Assembly (NCBI RefSeq): GCF_963921235.1
Contig: NC_086097.1
Location: 110,176,001-110,240,000 of the forward strand
Length of the DNA: 64,000 bases
From: Mobula hypostoma
Taxonomy: Eukaryota
Direction: 5' to 3'
Shown here: piece by piece, positions 36,690 through 49,695 of the stretch
Position numbering within the stretch: the stretch's first letter is position 1
Layout of the letters: the number at the start of each line of letters is the position of its first letter
Made by a program: the position numbers and the translations under genes
Notes under the pieces: model-generated
The model's input: only the letters and a program-made list of their open reading frames with translations
The model's database searches: none
Told to the model about the DNA's origin: nothing

Positions 36690-37109
36690 CATTCAGATCA
36701 ACAGGTCAACAGTTCCCTGACTTCAATGAGAACTGATGCAGAATTTAAAGGGAAAGGAAAACAATGAACACAAGGCCAACTAAACTAAAGCTCTCAAACT
36801 GGAAGTGAAAAACTGACATTGCAACTGAAAGCAATATCCAATTACTAAAAGGATACCGCTCCTTTACAACGTCTGTCTAAATGGTTGTCCTCTTTCCCAG
36901 ACAAAGACAAGGGTAATTAGGGAGTGTAGTGATCCTGTGCTTTTGGACAACTCTCGACAAGACTTCAACAAAAAGAAGGGAGTTAAATACCACCATAATG
37001 AAACAGTAATTAGCTGGAATGTACATATTCACAAGCACAATTCCCGAACCTGCTGGGCAGGCCACCTACAGGACGTGTAGACTATGCAGCAGAGTACGTG
37101 GTTGTGACA
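36690..37109 (-). mobile_element. Decayed solo LTR, same family as 59281-59709
   Basis: Shared blocks GGAGTTAAATACCA.CA.AATGAAA..TAATTAGCTG..ATATTCACAAGC; ends GTGACA. Left boundary uncertain. Confidence 0.7.
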
Positions 37110-37139
37110 GAAAGAGAGAGGGTTTTCCTCAATGTCAAA

Positions 37140-37730
37140 CAAAAGGGAGTCTGCAGATGCTGGAAATCCAAGTGACACACACAGAATGCTGGAGGAACCC
37201 AGCTGGCCAGGCAGCATCTATGGAAAAGAGTACAATTGCTGTTTCGGGCCGAGACCCTTCATCAGGGCTGGAAAAAAAGGTGAGGAGTCAGAGTAAGAGA
37301 GTGGGGGGTGGGGAGAAAGAACCACAAGTGATAGGAGAAACTGGGGAGGGGAGGGGAGGGGTGAAGTAAAGAGCTGGGAAGTTGATTGGTGAAAGAGGCT
37401 GGAGAAGGGGGAATCTGTAAGGAGAGGAGAGAAGGCCATGGAAGAAAGAAAAGGGGGATGAGCACCACCGAAAGATGATGGGCAGGCAAGAAGGTAAGGT
37501 GAGAGAGGGAAATGGGAATGGAAATGGTGAAGGAGAGGGAGTGGGAATCACCAGAAGTTCAGGAAATCAATGTTCATGTCGTCACTTTGGAGGCTACCCA
37601 GATGGAATATAAGGTGTTTCTCCTCGAACCTGAGTGTAGCCTCATTGTGATAGTGGAGGAGGTCATGGACACATATCAGAATGGGAATGGGGAGTGGAAT
37701 TAAAATGGGTGACCACTGGGGGATCCCACC
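37140..37730 (-). mobile_element. Penelope-like 3' fragment with partly decayed hammerhead (about 37234-37269)
   Basis: WDPPVVTHFNSTPHSHSDM remnant; CTGATGAAGGGTCTCGGCCCGAAAC is retained but the cleavage triplet and stem I are altered. Confidence 0.87.
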
Positions 37731-38139
37731 TTTTCCTCAATATCACGTCATTCAATTGGTCAAATGGTGCATAGAAAGCATTCATCCTGTTGGGAAGGGA
37801 GGCGTCACTGTTGTTGATGCGCAGCGTGGCCTTGTGATGGGTTATGGTTGACTGTCGTACTGTCCTTGTCACAAGCTGTTTGAAAAATCATGTGATATCA
37901 GTCTGGCCACATTGTTGCCCTATTCACATGTTATCCAATTACCTATGTTCTATTAGCCTAAGTACCTGTATATAGAAAATAGAATGGCACAACACAGAAA
38001 CAGGTCCTTTCGCTCATAATATCTGCACCAACCATGATGCCAGTTTAAACTGATCCCACCTGCCTGCACTTGGTCTATGTCTCATCATCTCCTGACAGTT
38101 AGTGCTTCATAAATCTGGAAAAGCTTTTAAAAATGAGTT

Positions 38140-40000
38140 TTATTAGTGTTGATCAGCATGGTTTTGTGCAGTTCGGGTCATATCTTACAAACTTGATTAA
38201 GATTTTGAGTTGTTGACAAAAATGAGAGAGAAGAATGGATATTATCTTCATGGATTTTAGAAAGGCCATTATACAAGGTCTCTAAAGGAAGGATGGTCCA
38301 AAAGATTAAGGTGCGTGGGATACATGGTGTCTTGGTAGATTGGATTGGAAATCTCTTGGCTAAGGAAGGCAAAAGGTACTGGCAGAGGGGTGTTATTCTG
38401 ACTGGAGGGCGGTGACCAGCGGTGTTCCAAACAAATCAATGTTGAAACTTGTATTGTTTATGATACAAATAAATGACTGAGCTGATTAGTAAGTTTGTGA
38501 AGGACAAGCCATGGAGCTGCAAATAAAGAAGAAGGTTGTTGAAGAAAAGAATGCAATGTAGATTAGTTGTATATATGGACAGAGAAATGACAGACAGTGC
38601 TTAACAAGGGCAAGTGTGAAGTGTTACACTTCAGGAGATCAAATGAAAGGGGCAAGGATGCACTAAATGGCCAAATCCTCAGGAGGTTTGATATACAAAG
38701 GGATCTTGGAGTCCAACTCCATAGTTCTCTGCAAGTAACAATACAAGTAGATAGGATAACAAAAAGAAGGCTTATGTCATTCTTTCCTTCATTGGTCAGG
38801 GCATGAGAGCCAAAAAGTCAATTTAAAGCTGCATAAAACTGGTTTGGCTCTTTTTGGCATAGTTTGTGCATTTCTGGTCACCCCATTATTGGAAGGATGT
38901 TGAGGCTCTGGAGAAGATGCAGAAGAGGTTCACCAGGATCGTGCCTGGATTATAGAATATTAGCTGTAAGGAGAATTTTTGATTTAGAGCTACAGCGGTA
39001 GTAGGTCTGTTCTGCCCAATGAGCCTGTGCTCCCCAACTACATTAGATTGACAAGGATGTTGCCTGAATTGGGGAGCATGCCTTATGAGAATAGGTGTCA
39101 TGAACTTGGCCTTTTCTCCTTGGAGCAACGGAGGATCAGAGGTGACCTGATGGAGGTGTATAAGATGACGAGAGGCATTGATCGTGTGGATAGCCAGAGG
39201 CTTTTTCCCAGGGCTGAAACGGACAACACGAGGGGGCATATTTTTAAGGTGCTTGGAAGTAGATACAAGGGGGAGGCCAGAGATACGTTTTTCACACAGA
39301 GAGTGTTGGGCGTATTGAATGCACTGCTGGTGATAGTGGTGAAGGCAGATACAATAAAGTCTTTTAAGAGACTCTTAGATAGGTACATGGAGCTTAGAAA
39401 AATAGAGGGCTATGTGGTAGGGTAATTCTTGGCAGCTTCCAGAGTAGGTTACATGGTCGGCACAACATTGTGGGCTGAGAGGCCTGTATTGTGCTGTAGA
39501 TTTGTATGCTCTATGTACATTAATGAGACCAATTAATTTATTAACCCATACAAATTTGTAATGTGGGAGGAGACCAAAGCACCCATAGGAAACCAACATG
39601 GTCATGGTGAGAATGTACAATCTGCTTATAGAAAGCAACAGAGTTGAACACGGGCTACCGGTGCTGTAGTAGCATTACGCGGGCTGCTACACTGCTGTGC
39701 CATCCCAAAGATGTCCGGAGTGTTAGAGCTGAGGGGAAACCTGTTAGAGATTTATAAAAATTATGAGTGTTATAGCTGGGTAGATAGTCAGAATCTTTCT
39801 CAGAGTAGAAAAGTCAAATACCACATAGATTTAAGGTGGGGGGAGGGGACGAAGAGGAAGCTTAAAGGAGATATGAAAGGAAAGTTTTTTTTAACAATGA
39901 GAGTGATAGATGGCAGGGATGGACTGCTGTGAGTTCTGGTGGAAGCAGAGAGGGCAGTGGCATTTAAGAAGCATTTAGATAGGCATGTGAACAGACACGA
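38140..40000 (+). mobile_element. Decayed CR1 ORF2 with a nested younger CR1 3' fragment (about 39050-39515) and a V-SINE remnant (minus, about 39525-39705)
   Basis: KCEVLHFRRSN, QRDLGVQLHSSL, ELGLFSLEQRRIRGDLMEVYK; V-domain-like TGTGGGAGGAGACCAAAGCACCC. Confidence 0.78.
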
Positions 40001-40209
40001 AAAGACTTTTTGCCATGTCCATATGTCACATAATTTTCTATTGTCCTATCACATTGACTATCAAAGTCTAATGTTCTAGAGAAAATAATCTAAGTTCGTC
40101 CAACCTCTTACATAGAACGGTACAGCACAGGAGCCTGTGCCAACCATAATGCCAGATTAAACCAATTCTACAGCTAATATGTTCTATCCTACCTTAATCA
40201 GGCATTTAC

Positions 40210-40309
40210 CTTTTCCACAAAACTTCCTGCCCCTTTTGAGCAGGCTTTAGACAAAGCTATAGTCAATTTGCAAGGTCTCAATACCAGTCCCAAATCATCT
40301 TCCCACCTC
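40210..40309 (-). CDS. Candidate internal exon (100 nt; an upstream acceptor at 40343 would include an in-frame TAG)
   Basis: Strong donor AAG|GTAAAT; RWEDDLGLVLRPCKLTIALSKACSKGAGSFVEK ends in phase 0. Confidence 0.5.
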
Positions 40310-40728
40310 CTGGAACAGTTCTGCTGCTAACAACTTGTTGCATCTAAAATCAGAAGAGCTGTGGTCAAAGTTGGACCATGTTTAATTTCCTGCAGAGACT
40401 AAACCAGGAATTATCTATTGAAGTATTTCATTCAAGCAAATTACAAAATGAAATAAAGACAGGCAAAGAAAACTGAGAGTCAAAGCAATTGATTGAAGAG
40501 TCATAAGATAAATTTCAGCTACTTTAATCATCTCTAACTGCAATAACTGCTAAAAGATAGTCAGCATATTTATGAAAGTCAATGTTTAGCCCCTGACAAA
40601 TTCTTTCAGAACAATTAATTAGGGATCAATGAAAACAGAAAATTGACGTGATATTTTTTCAGAAGTATTTAAAGGTTAAGAATTACAACTTCACCAGCCC
40701 AATCTGCACAGATATGATAACCTGAAAA

Positions 40729-40897
40729 TGTTGTATTGAATATTGAATATTGTGTTCAGGGAGCACACCAGCACGGCAGTATGCAGGCTATTCAACTGAA
40801 CTTTATTTATAACCCTGCTTGTGCAGCATGTGAACTCTTCCCATGTGGGAGTAGCGAACTGGGTGGCATGGAAATAACACTATTAACTACCACAACA
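40729..40897 (-). mobile_element. Short (about 170-bp) solo-LTR-like element; second copy on plus at 45723-45876
   Basis: TGTTGT...ACAACA ends, AATAAAGTTCAGTTGAA on minus; clear homology between the two copies. Confidence 0.65.
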
Positions 40898-42179
40898 AAG
40901 GATTACAACTTCATCACTCCACCCTGCAAAGATATGATGACCTGACCTGTCTCAGTCACAAACTTTCTATGATTGTATGACTCATATACTTCTACATTGA
41001 ACCTTTCAGCCAGGTTCTTTCAAAACGCATCTCATGGGAAACACAGCATAAACCAGGACAGACATGGGAAAACCCTTTCCTATTTATTCCATAACACCAG
41101 TGAGCAACTATCACCTTCTTCCTTCCCTTCATTTAAAATCCAAATCTAAATCAAAGTTGTTGAATTGCTACTTCAGTCCAGGTGGCGATATTAGTGAGTG
41201 CTGAAAATGCTTAATTGATAATCAGTGTAACTTCTGAACTTTTGGTCAGAAATAAGGTTTTGACATTTCAGACCCAATAGTACTATTTTAAACTTATCTA
41301 AAGAAAAATATTACATTTTTTTTTGTTGGACTTTGTTGTGTTAAACATCAAATTTTCCCACTGCAGCAATGATTATACTTCAGAAAATCCTTAATTTGCA
41401 CTATAGCACATTAGGATCTCTTGAGATTATTTTTTATTTGAATGCAAATTTTCTTTGCATTCTTGCTACTTTAAAAGGTAAGGAAATAGTCCAAATGTAA
41501 ATAATTCCAATTACCAGGAAAGGATCTAAATTTGGCAACTGTGGCTAATACGTTCTGACTTTATTAGCTTACCAAACCTACAGCTCTCACTACAAACCAT
41601 AATTAGCTTGTTTTAAAATGCCTCCTACAGATTTCTCAACACCTCCGAATGGCTGTGAATGTATGCAGCATGGCTGTTAAAAGATGACTCAGAATAAGAT
41701 ATTAATTTTCTTTTTATTTTAATTTTCCTTGTTTGTATCAACCAGTTATTTGTTGCTAAACATTACTCCAGACGTCAACTTCTGAGTTGGTGTTGATCAA
41801 TGCACTCAAACCTTTTATTCAGCCGTGAATCTGTAATTGGTCTTTGTTATTCATGAGAATTGGAAGGACTGTTGTTCACAATCCCATTTATTGCTTCATC
41901 AGATGGAATAATTCATGTCTGATAAATGGACAGCTTCATGTTGCAGAGAGACCTCCTCCTGGGGCTGTGTGGCAACGTGCAATGGTATTAACATTGTGGA
42001 AACACCTTACCAAATCACAAATTTGGAGTGGACTATAGAAGGCAAGATGGTTATGCCTACACATTATAATAATAGTTACTTTGTGAACTTAGAAAGATAT
42101 CATGAGAAATATGCTTCTGGCTCACAGAGAAGAGTCAATGCAGTGATGAATCCTGCACCAACCAATTCGTACCCATTAT

Positions 42180-42530
42180 TTAGCCTCAGAAAGGTGGCAT
42201 CCACCATTAAGGACACCAATCACCCAGGTCATGCCTTGTTCTCATTGCTACCATCAGGGGGGAAGTACAGGAGCCTGAAGGCACACACTCAATGATTCAG
42301 GAACAGCTTCTTCCTCTCTGCCATTGGATTTCTGAATGGACATTGAACGTATGAACACTACTTCACTGCTTTTTTATTTTTATTTTTGCACTACTTACTT
42401 AATTTAACTAATTAATATATATACTTACTGTAATTCACAGGTTTTTTCTATTATTATGTATTGCATTGTATTGCTGCCACAAAGACAACAAATTTCACGA
42501 CATATGCCAGTGATACTAATTTTGATTCTG
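42180..42530 (+). mobile_element. Rex1/Babar-type 3' fragment
   Basis: LRKVASTIKDTNHPGHALFSLLPSGGKYRSLKAHT plus a T-rich UTR and TGATTCTGAT tail. Confidence 0.8.
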
Positions 42531-43494
42531 ATTTAGTGAGCTGTTACATTGAATTAGGAGAAATTCACCTATTTGTTTTCTTTCTTCAGAAGCAGAGAGA
42601 AAAAAATCAAAATGAGGAAAGGGAAGTAATAATAGTACCTTGCTCATCCAACTTCTCCAGTGAACGAAACTGAATAAAATCAAATGTTTAAAACAGAACG
42701 TGAAAGTAACAAGAAGATATAAGAACAGAGGCATCAGAAGCAGGAGTAGATGATCCGGAACTTTATACCTGCTCTTTCATTCATATCATTTCAAACCTTT
42801 ACTGAACTAACCATTCCTTCAGTCATTTACTATCCAAAATTTTATCATTCTCTATCCTGACTATAATCTCCACAGCCTTCAGGTAGACAATTGAAGAGGT
42901 TCACTATCCCATGGAAAGATGCAACTGTGAATCGCTTCAAATTTTGGCATACAAAGAGTTAATTTGAGGTCTGTACTAAAACACTGATTAATGACCAGGG
43001 ACTCCCAAAGCTATTTTATCTACATCAGCAATATATGGCTTGAGCAGCAGTGTAATATATAATAACTAATTACTGACACACGAATTAAGTCATTTTGCCA
43101 TGAACAGATCATTATGGGCCATATTTAATTATAAGCAATGCAAATTCTTTTGAGACATTCAGGGGACAATAAATTGATTCATTTTAACAATAACATTTTT
43201 GTATTTTATTAAATTGATGTAAATTCTGTGAAAAAGAAGGCAATATATAAACAGGGCAGGTGTTGATGATGCAAATGAAATAGATGACAGATGGTTACCA
43301 GTGAGATCACTAGCTGTGCCTATAATGGATTGAGGTAATCAAAATCCACAGTGAATATGTAACTTTGTTTAGATGTACAACTTTCAAACATACTGAAGGC
43401 AAACTGAGAATACAATTTTGGGATCAATGGAATAGACTGACTTTACCTTTTAAAAGCAGGAACCAAGTTGCAATACATTAATGACAGGATTTTA

Positions 43495-44645
43495 TTTTAG
43501 TGAGGCCCTCTGTTAGTCAGGGTCCACCATGGACGTTACCTTCCAGCTGTCTACCCGATACGCCAACCAGGGCAGTACGATATGGAGAGCAAGCTGTTGC
43601 CCATGTAGCAGGCTCCCCCTCTCCACTCAGCTGATGAATCCAAAGGAATGGCAGAGACCAATACAGTTTGGCACCAGTGGCATCGTAGGAGTTACCAGTC
43701 AGCGTTGAACTCAACATAGGACTGCCTTAGGGACTCCAGCTCTGGATTTTCGCTTGGGGTTTGCTCCTGAGGCTTTATAAAGCATTGGTGAGCCGTCACT
43801 TGGAGTATTATGAGCAGTTTTGGGCCCCTTATTTAAGAAAGGATGTGCTGATATTGGAGAGGGTTCAGAGGAGGTTCACAAAAATGATTTGGGAACGAAA
43901 GGATTATCATATGAGCAGTGATTGAAGGCTCTGAGCCTGTACTTGTTGGAATTTAGGAGAATGAGGGGAATCCCATTGAAACCTATCGAATGTTGAAAGG
44001 CCTAGTTAGACAAGATGTGAAGAGGATGTTTCCTTTGGTGGGGGGAGTCTAGGAACAGAGGGGACAGCCTCAAAATAGAGGGCTGTCCATTTGGAACAGA
44101 AATGAGGAGGAATTTTTTTAGCCAGAGGGTGATGAATCTGTATAATTCATTTCAACAGATGTCTGTGGAGGCCTGGACACTAGATGCATTTGAGGCAGAG
44201 CTTGATAGCTTCTTGATTAGTCAGGGCATGAAAGGTTGTGGGGAGAAGACGAGGGAATGGGGTTGAGAGGGAATGAATTAGCCATAATGAAATGGTAGAG
44301 CAGACCATTATATAGGACCAGATGATCCTATATCTTATGGTCTTATAGAAGCCTTCCCCATGAATGGGTATAGCGGCAAGGCAGAGGAAGTTTGTGATGA
44401 GTTTTCCTTCTCCTTGATGAGCTGTTATCCACAGTTGATGAGTCCTATCTGCCCAAAGCGACTGGTTTTATTGCTCTAGTAACCTGTTTTTGCCCTTCTC
44501 CTACCGGTGGAAACAGTTCTGCCAGACTGAGTAGGTAAGCACAAGGGAAGGCCAGGAGCTGGACTTGGTTGTCAAACGCTATTTGAGATGCATGCCATTG
44601 GGAGACCCAACTACCACCTGCTGGCTATAACAACCTTAAGGCACC
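43495..44645 (-). mobile_element. Non-coding retroposon (possibly RTE-related) interrupted by a plus-strand CR1 3' fragment (about 43770-44347)
   Basis: Its 3' end is homologous to the tail of the tRNA-SINE at 56398-56690. The insert has CR1 motifs ([15 protein letters not shown]) and a TCTTATGGTCTTAT tail. Confidence 0.6.
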
Positions 44646-45544
44646 TATATTATTTTAACCTTGGCAACCTGACATACACCTTTGCATTTTAATTATCTTT
44701 GTATACTATGTTTCTAAATTATACACAGTAAATTGTTTGAGTTGACAAAACAATGTTTTCTCTACAAATCTCATGCTAATCTGCTCAAATATAGGCTTAC
44801 ACAAAGTAAATTAACAGCATTTCTGTGAATAGATTTTTCCATTTTAAGAAATACTTACATATAGTTGAAAAGTTAAAATATTTTGGAAGAAAAACATTAA
44901 TTTCATGAATTACTGCACGTGTAGGCTAAAGAAAACACTAAGTAAGCACCCAAGTTTTATAATCAAAACAAGCTGTAACAATTCCAGTTTGCATTGGAAA
45001 TTATGTCTTAGTTATGTGCTATCTTTGTTTCTTTGTACGTGTTCTTAGGACAGCAGTGTGTAGTTTTCCTTGAATACATTCTTGTCTTCTTAAGTACTAA
45101 AACTATACTTTCTCTCCCACAGTTGGCTCCCCAATATTAATAAAACTTATTCATTCAACTATTACAAATATTAAATCATAGATTAATAGCTGCAATTCTA
45201 ATTTCTGTGCTATTTTACAGACCTATTCAAATGCTTAGAGTACTCAGAGAGAGATGCATGACTGACAAAATTAGGATCAGATGTCATGGACCTATGCACC
45301 TCAGTAAAATTTCAATGACCCAGGGCATGAAATGGTTTAATTGGAACACAGGACCAAGAATAATGCGTTCAATTCTTGGAACCCATGTTGTCATTAAATC
45401 AGATCTGTACCATAGTTCTATCATGGTCCCACAACCATAATAAAAAATCATCATTAAGTTCTCCCATTTTGAATTACCTGAGCCTCAGCAGCTCATTTGT
45501 AGAAAGAGCTTCAGAAATTTGAATTAGACTACATGAACAGGTAA

Positions 45545-46045
45545 CATACAATGTGCTGGAGGAACTCAGCAAGTTAGGCAGTATTAACGGAGAGAAACAG
45601 ACAGTCAGCATTTTATGTTGAGGTCCTTCATCATCTGGACTTAAAGAAAGTGAGGATACAGCCAGTATCAAAAAGTGGAGGGAAGATGGAGCTAGAGCTG
45701 GCAGGAGATGCAGGTGGGGGGGTGCAGTGGTAGTTAATTGTGTTATGCTTATGGCACTCCCACATGGGAGAAGTTCACATACCGTACGAGCAGAGTTATT
45801 AACAAAGTTCAGTTGAACATCCTGCATGCTGGCCTCCTGGTGTGCTCTGCACTCACCTTTGATATCAATCACAGCAGGAGGGGATGATACGCAGAGGAGC
45901 GAGGGGGAAGAGTGAGAATGTCTGAAGTTGGGAGGTGATAGATGAAGTGACAAAGGGCTAAAGATGATGGACTCTCATCGGAGAGGAAGGTAGAGCATCT
46001 CATATTGCACCTGGTCAGTCTCTAACCTAGTGGCATAAACATGGA
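45545..46045 (-). mobile_element. Old Penelope-like 3' fragment with decayed hammerhead, containing the short LTR copy
   Basis: TGCTGGAGGAACTCAGC block as at 37187; minus GATGATGAAGGACCTCAACATAAAATGCTGACT. Confidence 0.7.
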
Positions 46046-47393
46046 AATGTCAAACTTCTGGTAATGAGCCCCCTTCTACCACATTTCCTTTTTCTCTCTT
46101 TTCCTGATCCACCATCACCCTATCTTTTCCCCTCCCCCCACCTCCTTCCCTTTATTCCATACTCAAAGCACTCAAACCATTTAAAAACTTTAAAAGCCTT
46201 TGTGCTTCCTAAAATTGAATCAGTCCCCTAACAGACTCCTAAGAATTGGTTAGTTAGCTGCACCCAGCCCTGAAGAGCATTATAGAACCATTGAAAATCT
46301 ATAACACCGTTGATACTGTGTCCATGTACAAAAAGATACTCTAGCTAATCCCTGCTTCCTAAACTGGGTCAGCAGCACTCCAGGTCACAGATCTTCAGGT
46401 ACTTATCCAGCTATATTTGAAATGGATGAGGATTTCTGCAAGACTTGAGACTGTGAGCTATACGCCCCAAATGTGCTCTGAATATGTTCCTTTCTAAAAT
46501 TTCCATCAATGTCTCAAAATCCATGCCCCTGGTTTTTGACCCTCCACTGCTAAGGTAAATAGGTTCTTTCTATTTTCTCTCTCTCAGTGCTTATTATTTC
46601 AAACACCTCAATTAAACTTCCCTCTGTTCCAAAGATAATTGGCTTAATTTATATAGCTATAATCATTCAGACCTGACAAAATCTCCTTTGCAATCCCTCC
46701 AAAATAAGCACAAACTTGCTGTAATATGGTGATTACAACCAACGTTCCTTCTAATTTATTTTTTTTTTGACAGCTGCACAGACCAACCATTGCCCAGACA
46801 GTCTGAAAACTGCACAGCACTTTACTTTTTTAATATAATATGCTAATCAAACAAACATAAACCACAGCTTACAACACGACAAGTAAACAATGTCAGACGG
46901 TCCAGCTAACAGGCAGGCACAATGGCAAAAATAAAATGTTTTGACTAGATGGCATCAGCATTCTGAGGGCCAGCAGTTCATTAGCTACCGTTTATTGTGT
47001 TTATTGTTACAATTTGTAAGTGTTGTAGCTTGCAACATTGACAATGTAAATAAGCTCTAAAATATTTCAAAGAAATATGTTAATTATTTAGAAAATATAT
47101 GGATTATATTCATTATCATAATTAATTACAGGATGTTTCACAATTAAGTAAACATCAATTTCAAAACTATATTAGCATAACTTCAAAATTATAATAATAG
47201 AATTTCAAAATTATATCAACATAAATAAAAGAAAATTCCAGATGTGTGGCAACAAAGGCAGTTACAGTGTGGCTGCACACCCTTGCAGCTATGAAGGAAC
47301 ACTGACTAGCAATGTATTTGGAACTTGAGCTATGACTAATAAGCTATGCCTGTTGTTATATAACAGCTAATAAAAATAACCATCTTGCAACTT

Positions 47394-49418
47394 TGTCCAA
47401 AATGCAGAGCTGCAGAGACAATTTAGTGGTGAGAGATCACTTCAACAATAACCTGTAAAATAACAAGCCACAGACGATCACAAAACAAGAGTGAACAGGT
47501 AACAAAACGAAAAGGTAACTGAAGGCTAGGAGCAACTGGTTGAGGCTGGCTGGTTTGATGGGTGAACAAGAACTGCTTGGTTTAAATAGGCTACAGGTGA
47601 TGAGTTGGAAATATGTGCCAGTTAACTCCTGTTAGCTGGGCGGAGACGGGGAGATGTCTGCCTGTGCAGGCCTGACCGGCGCCCCCCCCCCACCCACAAC
47701 TGGCACCCAACGGCCCAGGACAACACAGATGGGTCTGGTGGAACTCCTCAACAAGACGAAACTGGCTGACACCCAAAGCCTCTCCTCCAGGCCGCACTCT
47801 TCCCAGTCAACCAGGTACTGCACACACTGTGCATGATGCTGTGAATCCATTAACGGGTGAACCTTATGCATTGGATCGCCTTCCACGACCCTAGGTTCTG
47901 AAGGTTCAAGTCTCAGGTGGGCTGAGTGCTCCATGGATAATGGGGTTGATGCAGAACCCATGGAAGGTAGGAGTGATCCTCAGGGATGGTGGTGTCTGGA
48001 GATGATAAATGACTGGATTGATGCAATGGGTGATCTTGAAGGGACCTTGTGAGAGTTCTCCACTTGCTGATTTGCTCTTTCTGACTGCGGATGAAAGCCA
48101 GAGGATAACCTCACTGAGGTGCAGCGGAGGGTGCGGAGAGCTCCCAAGAAGTGGGCGATGAATTGTAGGCCTGTGCACATAGAGCTATTGGTGTATGGAG
48201 GAGGACAGAAAGAGTGAGTCAGGCTATGGTTCTGGAACAAGAAGCCGGGGGGGGGGGAGGGTTTACCAGATAGAAGGCCCCTCGTCACTACCTGGTGATG
48301 CCGTTTTCCTGGATACCATGGGCATTTGAAATGTGCGTGATCGTCTGCTCTGCAGTAGTTGCACAAGTTGTTTCTCCATCAATGCTCATGCTCTTGCAAG
48401 TTTAAGGGAGCTCTCCTTAGCTGCATAAGGTCTGGAGGCATTGTTAATGAGGCTACTGCAGTCTGAAGTGGTTCAGGGAACAGAAATAGGTTTCTAGCTG
48501 GTGTTCTGGAGGAGGCTGCATGAGACACTTGTCAAAACAGAGGGCCAAAGTGATAAGGCTTTCTCGGTCGGTGGGCACTTCCTGAGTAGACAACTCATCT
48601 TTCAAGTGCTCCGAGGCCATGATGTTAATGGATCAGCAACACTTTTGCATTCCAGTCACATCCACCACGAGGGTCCTAAATTCCATGCTGTAATCCAGCA
48701 GGCAAGGTATCTGATCAGCTGCCTCCCTTCCTCTTCCCTAATGATCAAAAACCCGCCACATCTCAGTGGTGAATTACTCATTTCTGGTGCAGATACTGGT
48801 TTTGTTAACCCAGTTGGCAGTGGACCAGCTCAGAGCTTGCCCAGCCAGGAGAGATGATGAGGGCAAGAATGGTTCAGCCTGTAGAATACAGAGATGGTTG
48901 CAGCTTGAAGTGCAAGATGCAATAAGGTAGGAAGTTGCAGCATCGGGTTGGGGATTTGTTGAAGCAGTCAGGCACTGTAATCCAGGGCTCTGAGGTGAGG
49001 GTTGCTGTAGCGACATGGAGAGTTGGTAGAGTAGCTAGCAGATGGTTAATATCCTCCTGCTGATTCTGGATCATGTACTCTTATCGCTTGTTCGCCTATC
49101 CTGTCAGCAAATGCAGAGGAGGCTTAACCCATAGATAGAGATGCAGAGATGATTTAGCAGTGAGAGATCACTTTAATAATAAACTGCAAAATAACAAGCC
49201 ATGAGAGGCCACAAAACAAGAGAGAATGGATGCTTAACATGACAAGGTAACTGAAGGTTAGGAGCAGCTAGTTAGGAGGTTAGGAGGCTGGCTGGCTCGA
49301 TGGGTGAACAAGGACTGTGGATGAGAGCTGGGTTTAAATAGGCTGCAGGTGATGAGTTGGAACCAAGTGGCAGGTGACTCTTGTTAGCTGGAAGGCGACT
49401 GCCTTTGCAGGCCTGACA
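47394..49418 (-). mobile_element. Internally deleted chromodomain-bearing (Sushi-like) Gypsy element with both LTRs (47394-47677 and 49102-49418)
   Basis: Homologous direct repeats; G-rich PPT; chromodomain QYLVDWEECGLEERLWV; integrase remnant SSGFHPQSERANQQVE; Zn knuckle CNYCRADDHAHFKC; gag PDCFNKSPTRCCNFL. No RT or RNase H is visible. Confidence 0.87.
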
Positions 49419-49419
49419 C

Positions 49420-49695
49420 ACCTTTATCTTTAAGACCTGTAGATATAAATTCCAAATACAGACCCCTCCCCCACCACCAGCTTTTGCCTTCATCCAATCA
49501 GCAGATAAGTCAATCCTGTGTACTGAGAAGCCTTCGGGTCCTACCGATGCATACAGCATGTTCAGAGTGAGCCACGTCTCTGTGAGACACAGAACAGCAA
49601 TTCCTCATTTTCCTTCGATACAGCAATATTGCCCTGCGGTCCTCAATCTTGTTCTCCAGAGACTGTATATTTGCTAACAAGATGCTGGCTTCATT
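49420..49695 (-). mobile_element. Rex1/Babar-type endonuclease N-terminal fragment
   Basis: SILLANIQSLENKIEDRRAILLYRRKMRNCC. Confidence 0.75.

Noticed and set aside
31742..41016. Faint resemblance of the candidate peptide (GANLMACVQLNRWAGTLE, NLAERF) to the INPP4-type phosphatase C-terminus
   Set aside because: Spacing is Cx4R rather than Cx5R and the similarity is too weak to assign without a profile search. No gene symbol is given.
43628..43660. CTGATGA as a further hammerhead core
   Set aside because: No correctly spaced GAAA box or closing stems follow.
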